DNA of 62,323 nt, counting the filler, from a bacterium (lineage in GTDB: Bacteria > UBA9089 > CG2-30-40-21 > SBAY01): assembly GCA_040757115.1 (NCBI GenBank). It is 11 parts of 11 records of this genome, joined end to end, with 100 filler letters (N's around TTAATTAATTAA, not from the genome) between each part and the next. Parts side by side here need not be neighbours in the genome. Positions count along the whole stretch, not along the records: positions 1 to 5,690 come from JBFLYA010000240.1; positions 5,791 to 11,479 come from JBFLYA010000241.1; positions 11,580 to 17,249 come from JBFLYA010000242.1; 8 more parts are not named here. The stretch is one strand, 5' to 3'. A model generated the notes under the pieces. That model made no database searches. It was not told the DNA's origin and worked only from the letters and a program-made list of their open reading frames with translations. The position numbers and the translations under genes are program-made. This document shows positions 1-11,790 of this stretch, piece by piece. Position 1 is the stretch's first letter, and every line of letters begins with the position of its first letter.

Positions 1-120
1 CCACAATCAATTTCTACCTATTTCTATAAATTTCAATCTATTTCTATTATCTTATCTCCATATCACTCTTATCTCCTTATCCCCTTTCTTACACTTTTGA
101 TATATAGCCTGAACGGTTAC
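1..120. mobile_element. Right part of a dispersed miniature element ending in CCTGAACGGTTAC (GTAA-end family)
   Basis: Same sequence as 11584-11703. Its left part, starting GTAAGCGTTCA, is at 56589-56727 and overlaps 1-32 in sequence. Confidence 0.85.
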
Positions 121-246
121 AAAAAATGTAATCTGTTTAATCAATTATCCTTTTATTTCTAATTGCACAGGTCGAAAAAATTCGCTAATTCTGTAATGGC
201 TCAGTCATTCAGGGGTAAGTGCGGATTTCAGATTATTTTTTTATCT

Positions 247-3200
247 CTAACGAATAATCCCAAATTTCCCCTTCTTTATCTGTCCTTTATCATTTGTCAA
301 AACATAGATGTAAATCCCTGACGCAACCGGCTCGCCGGCTAAATTTCTGCATCGCCATTCACCATTAAAGTTTTCCTTCTCATAAACCAATTCCCCTACA
401 ATATTATAAATCCTAATCGTTGTATTCTCAGTTAATCCAGCAAAATGCACCTCACCCATTCTGGATGGATTCGGATATGGATGGGCATTAGCTAAAGTTG
501 TAGATAGTTGGTCAATTGTATCTGCCTGGATGTTAATTGAGATTTTATTTGAACTAAATTCAACCAGATTCCAGCTTCTATCTATAAACCTGGTATTTGG
601 TGTGAATGATAATAAAGTTGCTCCTTTTGCCTTCGCTTTGAAGGTAATGGTATTCGAAATAGTGGGGTTAAAGGTATCTTTCTTGAGCGAAATAGCGATG
701 TAGCATATCTTTCCATCCTTAACTCCATGAACAGTATACACACCATCAACCAACTGCTTTGATTTAAGTTGGTTGTCATCAGTATCTACTACTTCTAAAA
801 GTGTTGGGTCATAGGCAAGATAATAACCAAATATTCTAACTTTAGCCTGTGAATCTACCTTAATAGTTACTTTAAATGTCTCCCCTACTTTTAGAGTTTC
901 GTTTTCGGAAATAACCATTAATGAAATATTGCCTTGTTCTTGAGGATATTCTATTGGTGGAGCAGGTGATGGTGGTGGATTATTATGGTCGTAGTTATAT
1001 GCACAGATATCAATATCAATATCGTCTATTACTCCATCCCGGTTGCAGTCAGCGGCGGGATTATAAGAACCAAACATTGCCTCCACAATAATATCTATAT
1101 CATCCGTGCCGTCAAAGACACCATTTTGATTTGCATCACCGGTATATAAAGTTTTTGTGCCAATCTCCGTTACCTGTCCTGCAACTACAGTGAAATCAGG
1201 CCAATAGCGTCTTATTGCCCCAGGCGTAGTTGCCGTCGCCACATAAGTGGCTGGAGAAACACTGGGAAAATGAAATTGACCATTAGCCGTAGTCGTAGTT
1301 GTTCCAAAAGGAGCAGTAATGAGAATGCCATCATGATAAACCGAATATGAATATCCAAATGGTGGTTTAAAGATAATTGCCGCTCCTTTTACCTCTCCCT
1401 GACCAATAGTCACTGTCCCTGTGGCCATAGTGAAAAGAATAGGATTAGTTTCTGGGTCAGTAAGTTCCGTTTTACTTGTTCCGGTGCCCAATTCAAAAAA
1501 TACTGTGGTTGAACCATTTTGTAATGCCTTAAACTTAATTATGGCTAATGTACCGGTGCCATCTGCCGACTCTGTTAAAACTTTATATAATATTGTCCCA
1601 CTGCCATTATTTGCCATGTTATAATAATTATAGCCGCCGGCAGGGAATGAACCTTGCGTAATTTGAACTCCAGCCTTTGTCGGATTAGCATCCTGCACCT
1701 CTAAATATGCCGGGTCAAATCGGACATAAACCGATGCCCGCTTAAGGTTAAAGACATTTGCCAGCTGGATATTCAAATCAAATAATGCTCCATTGCTCAC
1801 GCCGAGGTTTGAAGGTTCTATTGAAAGTCTTGCGGTTGGTGCAGTGGCAAAGGCGGTAAATGTCGCCGGAGAATCCGTTAAATTCAATCCCGGTGTTTTT
1901 ACCAGTGAGGTATAAGTTCCTTGTTTATTTCCAAGAATTAGCATTGCTCTCGCCACACCATCTGCATCAGTTAGAGTAGGTGGCTCGTAAAAACGATATC
2001 CAGATGCACCACTGGGGACAGCGGTAATAGTAAATTCCACCGCAATGTTTCCAACACCATTATTGTATTGGTCTGTAACTGTAATCTTGAATGGATATGG
2101 TAACGATGAACCAGCCGCCGCTGATTGATTATTAGTCGTGGTATCCATAATGACTTTGGTGGCTGTACCAGGATTAATCGTAATCGTTGCCATCCCTTGA
2201 ACCGAGCTTGAGGTAACTTTTAATATCGTTGTTCTGGTAGCCAGATTATATGCCGTAAAAACGGTAGAGGTTCCAGTAGTCGGTGATATTTGACCAACTA
2301 ATCCAGAACTTAACTGCCAGGTGTAAGTGGCATCTAAAATAGGAGCATTAGAGGAATCATACGCCTGTGCCGAGAAAGTTGCTGTTCCCTGCAAGCCTAC
2401 CGCGACTGTTCCTGGTGTAATCGTTATATGATGAATACTACTTTCCCGAAATGCGTAAAGTTTATCATCATAAGAGGTTACATAAATCGTCGTCGAACCA
2501 CTCCCAATCGCTGGAGAAGAACGCACAACCTGACCTGTGGCATAACTCCATTTTAAATTAAGCACCGAGTCAAATGCATAAATCTTATTATCATCTGAGC
2601 CAATATACACCATTCCATTTCCACCAATTACGGGTGAGGAATAAATCGCACCACCCGTCGTGTAACTTCCTCTCAATGTACTTAAATCTGAACTCAGGGC
2701 ATAAATTTTACCATCTAAAGAGCCAACATACACCGTGCCATTTGTTCCAATCGCTGGAGAAGAATGAATATCATCATTAGCAGTAAAACTTCCGATTAAT
2801 GTGCTTAAATCAGAGTTAAAGGCATAAATCTTATTATCATTGCAACCAACATAGACTATCCCATTTTCAGCAATTGCTGGAGACGAATAAATCGCACCAC
2901 CCGTCGTGTAACTTCCTCTCAATGTGCTTAAATCTGAACTCAGGGCATAAATTTTACCATCTAAAGACCCAACATACACCGTGCCATCTGTCCCAATTGC
3001 GGGTGAAGATTGAATATCACCTGAGGTTGAGTAACTTCCAACCAATGTGTTATTTGGAGTTAAGGCATAAATCTTATCATCATTTGACCCAAAATAGATA
3101 TTGCCATTAGAACTAATCACCGGCGATGAATAAATAGGCCCACTGGTTTGATATTGCCATCTGAGAGTCCCATCTGAATTTATGGCATAAAGGTAACCTA

Positions 3201-5690
3201 TACTTGCCTCACCAACATATAGAACACCACTACTGTCAATAGCAGGAGAAGAATAAATAGGTCCAATCGCAGAATAAGGTGAAAGCCAATTAGCACTACC
3301 ATCAGATTTTATCGCATATAGTTTGCCAGCAGGTTCAATTGTTCCAAAATAAATAACCCCATTATGACCAATTGCCGGTGAGGAATAAATATCGACACCC
3401 GTATTATAAGTCCATTTACTAACGACCGAAATTGGGTCAGGATAAGAACTCACACCGGTATGAGACCGATTATATCGCCACATTGGCCACATATGGGTTA
3501 GTCCCGTAACTGTAATCGTTGCCCTTTGACTCACGGTGCCATAATTTGCGGTTAATGTCCCCTCACCTGCCTCCATACCCGCGGTAAATGTTGTTGTTCC
3601 ACCGACAATTGGAGAAATAGTGCCTATAGTTACTAACCAATTATAAGAAAGACCCGGAATATAATTACCATACTGGTCATAGCCTGATGCAGTAAAAATC
3701 TTAGTGTAGCTCAACTGAACCGTTGCAGTTGCAGGATTAATAACAATAGAAGTAAGCGTGCCCGGGGTAATAGTAATCGTCGCTATCGTCGTAATAGAGC
3801 CTGATGTTACGGCTAATGTCCCGGTCAATGCTCTGGTTCCTGCCGTAAAAGTTGTAACTGACCCTTCAACTGGTGAAACACTACCAATATTTGTTGTCCA
3901 GGTATATGTTATCCCGGTTACAGTCCCACCTAAAACATCATATCCCTGTGCCGTAAATGATATAGTCCCATTAACCGTTGTCGTGGCTGTTTGTGGTGTA
4001 ATAGTGATATGATGTAATCCACCGGTAGTTATCGTAATAGTTGCTTTAGCCGTAACAGTCCCTGAAATAACCGCTAAAGTCCCGGTAACAGGTTGAGTGC
4101 CTGCGGTAAATCTGGTTGATGAACCAATAGTTGGCGTAACACTTCCTATCGCCGTTGACCAGTTGTAACTTAAATCAGGAATTGCGTTTCCATACACATC
4201 ATATCCCTGGGCGGTAAATGTTATTGTGCCAGAAATCATAAGTGTTGCGGAGGAAGGAGTAATAACAATATAATTTAATGTCCCGACCCTAATAGTTATT
4301 GTTGCATAATTAATCACATTACCAAAACTTACGGCTAATGTGCCAACTACGGAATGAGTGCCTGCTGTAAATAGTGTTTGACTCCCTGTAGTTGGTGAAA
4401 TACTACCAATTAATGTCTGCCAGGTAAAGTCTAAATTCTCGATTAGATTATGTTGGTTATCATAGCCTTTAGCCGTAAATGTTCTTGTCCCTTCGATTCC
4501 CACAGTCGCCGTCGCTGGCTCGATTATAATATAGCTTAAAGTTCCTGCAACAATAGTAATAGTAGCAATATTGGTTATCGTGCCATAAGTAACCGTAAGT
4601 GTTGCGGTTTGAGTCGTTGTCCCGGCTGTAAATGTTGTTCTGGTGCCAGTAGTTGGTGTAATACTACCAATGACTACCGAGAAATTAAAAATAAGCCCTG
4701 CAATGCAATTATTGTACTCATCATACCCTTGAGCCGTAAATGTTCTTGAGCCACCTGTTGATACAGTTGCAGTTGCGGGTGTAATAAGAATAAAGGTTAT
4801 CGTGCCTGGAGTAATAGTAATCGTTGCCACACCCGTAATACCACTTGAGGTAAAAGTTAATGTCCCGGTAGTAGCATAAGTTCCAGCAGTAAATAATGTT
4901 TTGGTTCCGGTAGTTGGATGGACACTGCCAATTGCTGTTGCCCAGACAGAAGATAACTCTACAGGATTTCCATAGACATCATAGCCAGTTGCTGTAAATG
5001 TTGTTGTTCCTTGCACCGATAAACTTGCCGTTGATGGGTTGATAATAATACAGGTTAATGTGCCTGGGATAAGCGTAATAGTTGCGATTGCAGTGCAAGT
5101 GCCAAAATTAACCGTAAGTGTTCCGATTTCACTTCTTGTCCCAGCAGTAAAGAGTGTCTGAGTCCCTGAACTCGGAGCAACACTACCAATAAAAGTAGTC
5201 CAGTCAAATACCAGGCCAGAAATAAGATTATCATAACTATCATATCCTTGTGCTGTCCATGTCCGTGTGCCAGCCACCATAAGTGTTGCTGTAGATGGAG
5301 TGATAATGATATAATTTAGTGTCCCCGGAAGAATAGTAATCGTTGCGGACGAACTAATAGTGCCATAACTTGCCGTAAGACTGCCTATACCGGTTCTTGT
5401 GCCAGCGATGAATAAGGTTTCAATGCCGGTAGTATTAGAAACAGAACCAATGGTGAATGACCAGGTAAAAATCAGGTCTGGAATAGAGCTGTCAGAATCA
5501 TCATATCCAGTGGCAGTAAATGTGCGTGTGCCATCTACTATAAGTGTAGCGGCCGATGGAGTTATGACGATGTAACTAATCGTGCCTGACCTGACAGTAA
5601 TGGTAGCACAAGCAGTAATCGAACCATAGTAGGTAGTTAGACTACCTACACCGGTTGTTGTTCCAGCAGTAAAGAGTGACAATGTCCCTA
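247..5690 (-). CDS. Giant secreted/surface protein, 5' end cut by contig edge: Ig-like (Big_2-type) repeats, PQQ-like beta-propeller, cohesin-like, dockerin-like, second cohesin-like domain and a C-terminal YPNP..GIYIY sorting-like domain
   Basis: ~87-aa T-rich repeats (ITP..AT..FTAQGYD), SSPAIG.DG.VYVGS.D blades, paired Ca-binding motifs GDANQNGVFDGTD and ADCNRDGVIDDID, C-terminal YPNP...SGIYIY. Confidence 0.8.
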
Positions 5691-5790
5691 NNNNNNNNNN
5701 NNNNNNNNNNNNNNNNNNNNNNNNNNNNNNNNNNTTAATTAATTAANNNNNNNNNNNNNNNNNNNNNNNNNNNNNNNNNNNNNNNNNNNN
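5691..5790. other. Artificial contig linker (also 11480-11579, 17250-17349, 22951-23050, 28642-28741, 34301-34400, 39923-40022, 45532-45631, 51132-51231, 56728-56827)
   Basis: 100-bp N block with central TTAATTAATTAA (stop codons in all frames). Confidence 0.98.
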
Positions 5791-6103
5791 CCTCTTTGAA
5801 ATTTGATTTGTAATTTTGCATTTTGATATTTATATTTGATATTTAATATTTGATATTTGATATTTATTTGTTGTCTCCCTCAAATCCTATTTTGCAGAAC
5901 CCTATACACTATTTTAATCTTTATGCTAGATTAAGACACCACCCAATTTTCATCGTCATTTGTGCCCTGGAGGGGCATGAGCGTTTCTCCTTATCATTCT
6001 TATGTTATTATCATACCTTAGCCATACAGAATTTCTGAGATGGCTCATTTAGCTGAAATTGAAAATTAGAAATTAGGGAATTAAGATTTCGATTCTCTAA
6101 CTT

Positions 6104-6355
6104 TCATTTCACAACCTCAACTACTCGCCAGTGTTTAAGTTTTGATAAAGGTCTTGTTTCCATAATACTTACTTGCGAACCTACCTGGCAGATATTTTTT
6201 TCGTCATGGGCATAGAATTTACTTCTTCTTTTTATAACCTTTTTATAAAGTGGATGTTTAACGGCACTAACAACTGAGACGACAACGGTCTTGTCCATTT
6301 TATTACTAATTACTGTGCCAACTTTAACCTTTCTGGGTTTTCTTTGTTGTTCCAT
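6104..6355 (-). CDS. rpsQ: 30S ribosomal protein S17
   Basis: [26 protein letters not shown]; position in S10 operon. Confidence 0.97.
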   Translation of the reverse strand: MEQQRKPRKVKVGTVISNKMDKTVVVSVVSAVKHPLYKKVIKRRSKFYAHDEKNICQVGSQVSIMETRPLSKLKHWRVVEVVK

Positions 6356-6570
6356 TAATGTTTCTCCCTTATACCTAATTCGTATTCTCTCAAGAGTGTA
6401 TTTATTTTTGCGATTGAGCGTCTTAATGTCCGAATTTTTGAAGGATTTTCTAAATGTTTCATAGCAGAATGTGCTCGTAAATTTAGCACCTCACCAAAAA
6501 ATTTCTCTTTCTGGCTTTTTAACTCATCTAAATCCATTTCTTTTAAGTCTCTAAAATCTCTAAGTTTCAC
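6355..6570 (-). CDS. rpmC: 50S ribosomal protein L29
   Basis: [19 protein letters not shown]; between rplP and rpsQ. Confidence 0.92.
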   Translation of the reverse strand: MKLRDFRDLKEMDLDELKSQKEKFFGEVLNLRAHSAMKHLENPSKIRTLRRSIAKINTLLREYELGIREKH

Positions 6571-6573
6571 TTA

Positions 6574-6987
6574 TTATTCTCCTTCTCTTGTTACGAATTT
6601 TGTTTTTATCGGTAACTTATGAGCAGTTAAAAGGAGTGCTTCGTGGGCTAATTCTTTTGTTACGCCGCCTAATTCATAAAGAATCCGTCCAGGTTTAACA
6701 ACAGCAACCCAATATTCAGGTGCTCCTTTACCTTTACCCATTCTTGTTTCAGCCGGTTTTTTGGTTACAGATTTATCCGGGAATATTCTAATCCACAATT
6801 TACCACCCCTTTTAATATGTCTGGAGATAGCAATTCTGCCGGCTTCGATTTGTCTATTGGTTATCCAACCACACTCTAATGCCTGTAAGCCATATTCTCC
6901 AAAGTTAAGTTGAGCGCCGGCGGTAGATATTCCCTTTCGTCTACCGCGATGTGTTTTTCGATATTTAACTCGTTTGGGCATCAACAT
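6574..6987 (-). CDS. rplP: 50S ribosomal protein L16
   Basis: [23 protein letters not shown]. Confidence 0.98.
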   Translation of the reverse strand: MLMPKRVKYRKTHRGRRKGISTAGAQLNFGEYGLQALECGWITNRQIEAGRIAISRHIKRGGKLWIRIFPDKSVTKKPAETRMGKGKGAPEYWVAVVKPGRILYELGGVTKELAHEALLLTAHKLPIKTKFVTREGE

Positions 6988-7675
6988 TGATTTCTTCCTC
7001 CATTAATTTCGCTCCTAATCCCATTAATCTTGCTTTTTCTCTCTCTTCCTCAGATAAAATCTCACCTTTAAATATCCACACCTTTATCCCAATTCGGCCA
7101 TAGGTAGTTACTGCTTCTGCGGTGGCATAATCGATTTCAGCTCTCAGGGTATGAAGTGGAACTCGTCCTTCCCGATACCACTCACTTCGAGCTATTTCTG
7201 CACCGCCAAGCCTACCACCACAGGTTACTTTAATTCCTTTAGCCCCATGGCGCAGCGCCGTTATAACTGCCTGTCTCATTGCCCTTCTAAAAGAGATTCT
7301 TTTTTCTATCTGGATAGCGATATTTTCTGCAACCACCTGAGCCTCTAATTCTGGTTCTTTAATCTCATTAATATCAATTTGAATCTGGAGGTTAGTCATT
7401 TTTAGAATTTCCTGGCGTAATTTTTCTACATCCTGTCCTCTGCGACCAATGACTATTCCCGGTCGAGCAGTATAAATGGTAATTCTCATTTTCTGCCCAA
7501 ATCGCTCAATAATGATTTTTGACACACCAGTTCTCTTCAATCTCTCTTTGATAAACTTTCGAATTTTCAAGTCTTCAATCAAATCATTTCTATAGGATTT
7601 TTTTGAAAACCAGCGTGATTCCCAATCATAGATATACTTTAACCTGAAACCTATTGGATGAACCTTTTGTCCCAA
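6965..7675 (-). CDS. rpsC: 30S ribosomal protein S3
   Basis: [22 protein letters not shown]. Confidence 0.98.
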   Translation of the reverse strand: MGQKVHPIGFRLKYIYDWESRWFSKKSYRNDLIEDLKIRKFIKERLKRTGVSKIIIERFGQKMRITIYTARPGIVIGRRGQDVEKLRQEILKMTNLQIQIDINEIKEPELEAQVVAENIAIQIEKRISFRRAMRQAVITALRHGAKGIKVTCGGRLGGAEIARSEWYREGRVPLHTLRAEIDYATAEAVTTYGRIGIKVWIFKGEILSEEEREKARLMGLGAKLMEEEINVDAQTS

Positions 7676-7692
7676 ATTTTACTCTCCCTTTC

Positions 7693-7905
7693 TTATACTT
7701 TCATAAACTCAGGTAGCACTATCGCCCAATTTATTAATTGCACCAATAAAATTACCAGGGCAATCAATACAACTACCTTTAAAATAAACTTTATCATATC
7801 TTTCTTTTCTTTACCCTTCGAATACTCCCGATAATAACCAATTGTTTCATAGACCGTGAGAAGTGTGACTAAAGCCATTAACGCTACATAAACCCATAAT
7901 GTCAT
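7693..7905 (-). CDS. Small hypothetical protein with two predicted transmembrane segments, inserted between rplV and rpsC
   Basis: AGGAGG RBS, two hydrophobic segments separated by a basic loop, same strand as the operon. Confidence 0.7.
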   Translation of the reverse strand: MTLWVYVALMALVTLLTVYETIGYYREYSKGKEKKDMIKFILKVVVLIALVILLVQLINWAIVLPEFMKV

Positions 7906-7961
7906 TTTACATTACCTCCTTTTTTTTATTTCAGAAGTTACTGTCCTCTGACTTCTGAGAT

Positions 7962-8297
7962 TTAATATTCATCTACGACTATGGTGATATGGCTTGTTCT
8001 TTTACAAATTCGATAAGCCCTACCCATAGCGCGTGGTTGAATTCGTTTTAAAGTAGGTCCCTGGTCAACAAAGGCATTTTTGACATATAAATTACCTACC
8101 TGGACATTTATTCCTTTTTGTCTGGCATTAGCGATAGCTGAATGCAATATTTTTTGAACTATGCGGCAGGCTTTTTTAGTCGTAAATTTAAGCATATTAG
8201 TCGCCTGTTCCACTGGTTTACCCTGAATAAGGGTAGTTACCTGCCTTGCCTTTCTTGGTGAAATACGAATATATTTAGCCTTTGCTTTTGCTTCCAT
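7962..8297 (-). CDS. rplV: 50S ribosomal protein L22 (start revised to MEAKAK)
   Basis: ISPRKARQV, PRAMGRA..I.KRTSHITI; GGAG RBS before ATG at 8297. Confidence 0.97.
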   Translation of the reverse strand: MEAKAKAKYIRISPRKARQVTTLIQGKPVEQATNMLKFTTKKACRIVQKILHSAIANARQKGINVQVGNLYVKNAFVDQGPTLKRIQPRAMGRAYRICKRTSHITIVVDEY

Positions 8298-8367
8298 GAT
8301 ATTATCTCCATTGAAAGTAGTCCGTGCAGAGTGAAACTCGTTACTCTTCACTGTCTACTTTACTTCC

Positions 8368-8652
8368 TTATTTCAATGCTCGTGATTTTTCCGTATGAGT
8401 GCCGTGACTTCTAAATGTTCGGGTCAGAGCAAACTCTCCCAGTTTATGTCCAACCATATTTTCCGTGATATAGACCGGGATAAATTTTTTGCCATTATGA
8501 ATGGCTAATGTATATCCGACAAATTCTGGGGAAATAGTTGAGCGTCTTGCCCAAGTTTTGATTACCTTTTTTTCCCCTCCTTCATTCATCTTTTTAATCT
8601 TATCCATTAATTTAGTATCAATATAAGGTCCTTTTTTAATTGAGCGTCCCAT
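8368..8652 (-). CDS. rpsS: 30S ribosomal protein S19
   Basis: [17 protein letters not shown]. Confidence 0.98.
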   Translation of the reverse strand: MGRSIKKGPYIDTKLMDKIKKMNEGGEKKVIKTWARRSTISPEFVGYTLAIHNGKKFIPVYITENMVGHKLGEFALTRTFRSHGTHTEKSRALK

Positions 8653-8657
8653 CAGAT

Positions 8658-9482
8658 TTATTTGCTTCTCCTTTTAACAATAAATTTCTGGGTTCTTTTA
8701 TTTTGTCTTGTCCGATAACCTTTAGTTGGTTTCCCCCATGGACTCACCGGATGTCTTCCACCTGATGTTTTTCCTTCCCCGCCGCCGAGTGGGTGGTCAA
8801 CAGGATTCATCGTGACCCCGCGATTATGAGGTCTTTTACCCAGCAAGCGAGTTTTCCCTGCTTTACCCAGGTTAATATTTTCATGTTCTACATTTCCTAC
8901 CTGTCCGATAGTTGCCATACAATCCACATGGACTAATCGAACTTCACCCGAAGGAAGGGTAATATGTGCATAATTCCCTTCTTTAGCATTTAATTGGGCA
9001 GAAGAGCCTGCTCCCCGCACTATTTGTCCGCCTTTGCCTTTTCTTAATTCAATGTTATGGATAGTTGTTCCTGTGGGTATTGCTCGCAAGGGAAGTGCAT
9101 TTCCTGGTTTAATATCCACTTCTTCACCCGCACATACCGTTTCACCTACCTTTAATCCCATTGGAGCAAGGATATACCTTTTTTCTCCATCTAAATAATG
9201 AAGTAAGGCAATATGAGCAGAGCGATTTGGGTCATATTCAATTGCCGCCACCTTTGCCTCAATCCCAAATTTATTCCGTTTAAAGTCAATTATTCTATAG
9301 AATCGTTTATGGGCACCACCACAAAACCGAACAGTTATTCTGCCTTGATTATTGCGACCACCTGAACGCGGTTTAGATATAACTAATGACTTCTCGGGTG
9401 TTTTTTTTGTAATCTCATCAAATCCTACAACACTCATTCCTCGTCTGCCAGGGGAAGTAGGATTATATTGTTTAATTGCCAT
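8658..9482 (-). CDS. rplB: 50S ribosomal protein L2
   Basis: [21 protein letters not shown]. Confidence 0.99.
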   Translation of the reverse strand: MAIKQYNPTSPGRRGMSVVGFDEITKKTPEKSLVISKPRSGGRNNQGRITVRFCGGAHKRFYRIIDFKRNKFGIEAKVAAIEYDPNRSAHIALLHYLDGEKRYILAPMGLKVGETVCAGEEVDIKPGNALPLRAIPTGTTIHNIELRKGKGGQIVRGAGSSAQLNAKEGNYAHITLPSGEVRLVHVDCMATIGQVGNVEHENINLGKAGKTRLLGKRPHNRGVTMNPVDHPLGGGEGKTSGGRHPVSPWGKPTKGYRTRQNKRTQKFIVKRRSK

Positions 9483-9497
9483 AATTTTATCCCTCTT

Positions 9498-9782
9498 TTA
9501 TGCTTCGAATGCAGATATAAGCTCTCCCTCTTTTAGAGTTACCATTGCCTTTTTAAAATCAGCTCTTCTACCCAGTGCAAATCTAACCTTTTTTGGCTTA
9601 CCATATTGAATTAAGGTATTGACCTTCGTTACCTTTACGCCGAATATCTTTTCCACTGCTTTTTTAATCTCAATCTTATTAGCATTTATATCCACCTCAA
9701 AGAGATATTTATTATTCTCTCTCAAGATAGTTCCTTTTTCAGTAATAATAGGTCTTTTAATAATTTGATATGGACTAATCAT
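9498..9782 (-). CDS. rplW: 50S ribosomal protein L23
   Basis: RPIITEK, ANKIEIKKAVE, FKKAMVTL. Confidence 0.97.
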   Translation of the reverse strand: MISPYQIIKRPIITEKGTILRENNKYLFEVDINANKIEIKKAVEKIFGVKVTKVNTLIQYGKPKKVRFALGRRADFKKAMVTLKEGELISAFEA

Positions 9783-9837
9783 TGATGAACCTCGCTTTTA
9801 AACTATTTAACCCGTTACCCTTAATCTATCTTCTAAC

Positions 9838-10052
9838 GTAACCATTCACCATTCACAATTTCTTCCCTAAATTTCCTTAATAATGGTGAATGGTGAATTG
9901 TCAATTGTGAATTGTGAATTATCACTCTTCACGGTGTCAAGCAAACCTGGCCCAAGAGTTCGATGCACCGCTATAGCGCATCCAATGACTCTATTCGATA
10001 ATTCATCAAATTTCACTTCGTGCTCTCCGTACCCTTCGTGGTGAATAGTTAC
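9838..10052. mobile_element. 215-bp GTAA-end miniature element inserted in the 3' end of rplD
   Basis: Ends GTAACCATTCAC / GTGAATAGTTAC; perfect 8-bp direct repeat CTTCTAAC at 9830-9837 and 10053-10060. Confidence 0.9.
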
Positions 10053-10656
10053 CTTCTAACTTAGATAATGCCCTTTTTGTGAACAGGAGTTTTTCATGCA
10101 ACAGTATTTTATATGGATTCAAATTTGACGCTAAAATCATCTCAGTGCCTTTTAAATTACGGACAGATAAATAGAGATTTTTATCTGGCTGGTCTAAAAC
10201 AATCAACGGTTTTGTCAAATTTAAGGTTTTTAATATTTTTGCCATAATTGATGTTTTTGGTGCTTCTACCTTTAAGGAATCCACAACGACTATTTCATTA
10301 TTTATGGCTTTATCAATTAATGCTGAAATAAGTGCTTTCTGGTTAATTTTATCCGGGATTTTAATTTTAAAGCTATGTGGTTTAGGGCCAAAAACCACGC
10401 CGCCACCTTTCCAGATTGGGTTTCGACTACTCCCGACTCGTGCTCTTCCGGTGCCTTTTTGTCGCCATGGCTTTTTCCCACTTCCACTTACCTCACCACG
10501 ATGTTTAATACAGGCAGTTCCAAGTCGTTGATTAGCAAGGTATGCCTTTACCGAGTCATAAATACAACCATTGCTTATCTCTTGATTAAATATAGTTTTG
10601 GGAAGCTCGATTTGCTCTAAAATATCCCCTTTGATATTATATAAATTAACATCCAT
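10006..10656 (-). CDS. rplD: 50S ribosomal protein L4, with C-terminal tail encoded by the inserted element
   Basis: [30 protein letters not shown]. Confidence 0.97.
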   Translation of the reverse strand: MDVNLYNIKGDILEQIELPKTIFNQEISNGCIYDSVKAYLANQRLGTACIKHRGEVSGSGKKPWRQKGTGRARVGSSRNPIWKGGGVVFGPKPHSFKIKIPDKINQKALISALIDKAINNEIVVVDSLKVEAPKTSIMAKILKTLNLTKPLIVLDQPDKNLYLSVRNLKGTEMILASNLNPYKILLHEKLLFTKRALSKLEGNYSPRRVRRARSEI

Positions 10657-10658
10657 TG

Positions 10659-11300
10659 TTATTTATTTCCTTTTTTGACTGCCTTTTTAATCGTTATTAG
10701 TCCTCCCCGGCGACCAGGGATAGCACCTTCAATTAACAATCTATTTTCTTTTTCATTTACCTTAATTATCTTAAGGTTTTGCATCGTTACTTGAGTTCCA
10801 CCCATTCGTCCTGGAAGGCCGTGTCCTTTATAAACTCTGGAAGGAAAAGAGCTCTGGCCAATAGAGCCTGGTGCACGATGAAACATTGACCCATGCGACT
10901 TCTTTCCACCTGTCCAACCATAGCGTTTAATCACACCACTAAATCCTTTTCCTTTGGATATTCCAGTTACATCAACATAATCGCCTGCTTTAAAAATATC
11001 AACTTTTAGCTCTTGACCTACCTGATAATTATCAATATCTGTAATTCTAAATTCTCGTAAATACCGTTTAACTTTAACTGCCGCATTTTCAAAGTGTCCA
11101 GCAACGGGTTTATTAATTTTACTCTGTTTTACATCCCCAAAACCTAATTGTAGGCTATCATATCCTTCTTTATCTCTGGTTTTTTTCTGGACAATAATAC
11201 ATGGCCCAACTTCAAGCACTGTTACTGGAATAACATCTCCACTATTAGCATTGAATACCTGGGACATCTTTATTTTTTTACCTATAAGTCCTGTGGACAT
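10659..11300 (-). CDS. rplC: 50S ribosomal protein L3
   Basis: SKGKGFSGVIKR, HRAPGSIG, GRMGG. Confidence 0.98.
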   Translation of the reverse strand: MSTGLIGKKIKMSQVFNANSGDVIPVTVLEVGPCIIVQKKTRDKEGYDSLQLGFGDVKQSKINKPVAGHFENAAVKVKRYLREFRITDIDNYQVGQELKVDIFKAGDYVDVTGISKGKGFSGVIKRYGWTGGKKSHGSMFHRAPGSIGQSSFPSRVYKGHGLPGRMGGTQVTMQNLKIIKVNEKENRLLIEGAIPGRRGGLITIKKAVKKGNK

Positions 11301-11579
11301 TATAATCCTCCATATTGGTAATTAGAACCTGTTTAGCGCGGTCAGAGAGCATAAATGAATGGTACTGACTTAGTGCGAAACCACTTCAAACACAACAAGT
11401 TGTGTAATACAAAATCAAAAATTAAATATTAAAATGCAAAATGACATATCAAATATCATATCAAAAATCAAAGAGCAAANNNNNNNNNNNNNNNNNNNNN
11501 NNNNNNNNNNNNNNNNNNNNNNNTTAATTAATTAANNNNNNNNNNNNNNNNNNNNNNNNNNNNNNNNNNNNNNNNNNNN

Positions 11580-11755
11580 TTTTCCACAATCAATTTCTAC
11601 CTATTTCTATAAATTTCAATCTATTTCTATTATCTTATCTCCATATCACTCTTATCTCCTTATCCCCTTTCTTACACTTTTGATATATAGCCTGAACGGT
11701 TACCTAATTTCTTTAATTCTCTGTGAACTCTATGCCTCTGTGGCTGAACGATTAC
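11580..11755. mobile_element. Two nested right ends of GTAA-end miniature elements
   Basis: 11584-11703 repeats 1-120; 11704-11755 resembles 25667-25718; both end in TGAACG(G/A)TTAC. Confidence 0.8.
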
Positions 11756-11790
11756 CTTACGGATTAATGAGATAAAAAGGAGTAATTAAA

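Noticed and set aside
5691-5790. TTAATTAATTAA motif recurring every ~5.6 kb
   Set aside because: It is an artificial linker, so gene adjacency across these points has no biological meaning.
11301-11479. Apparent loss of rpsJ before rplC and of rplN after rpsQ
   Set aside because: The contig ends in repeat DNA on both sides, so these genes may lie on neighbouring contigs.
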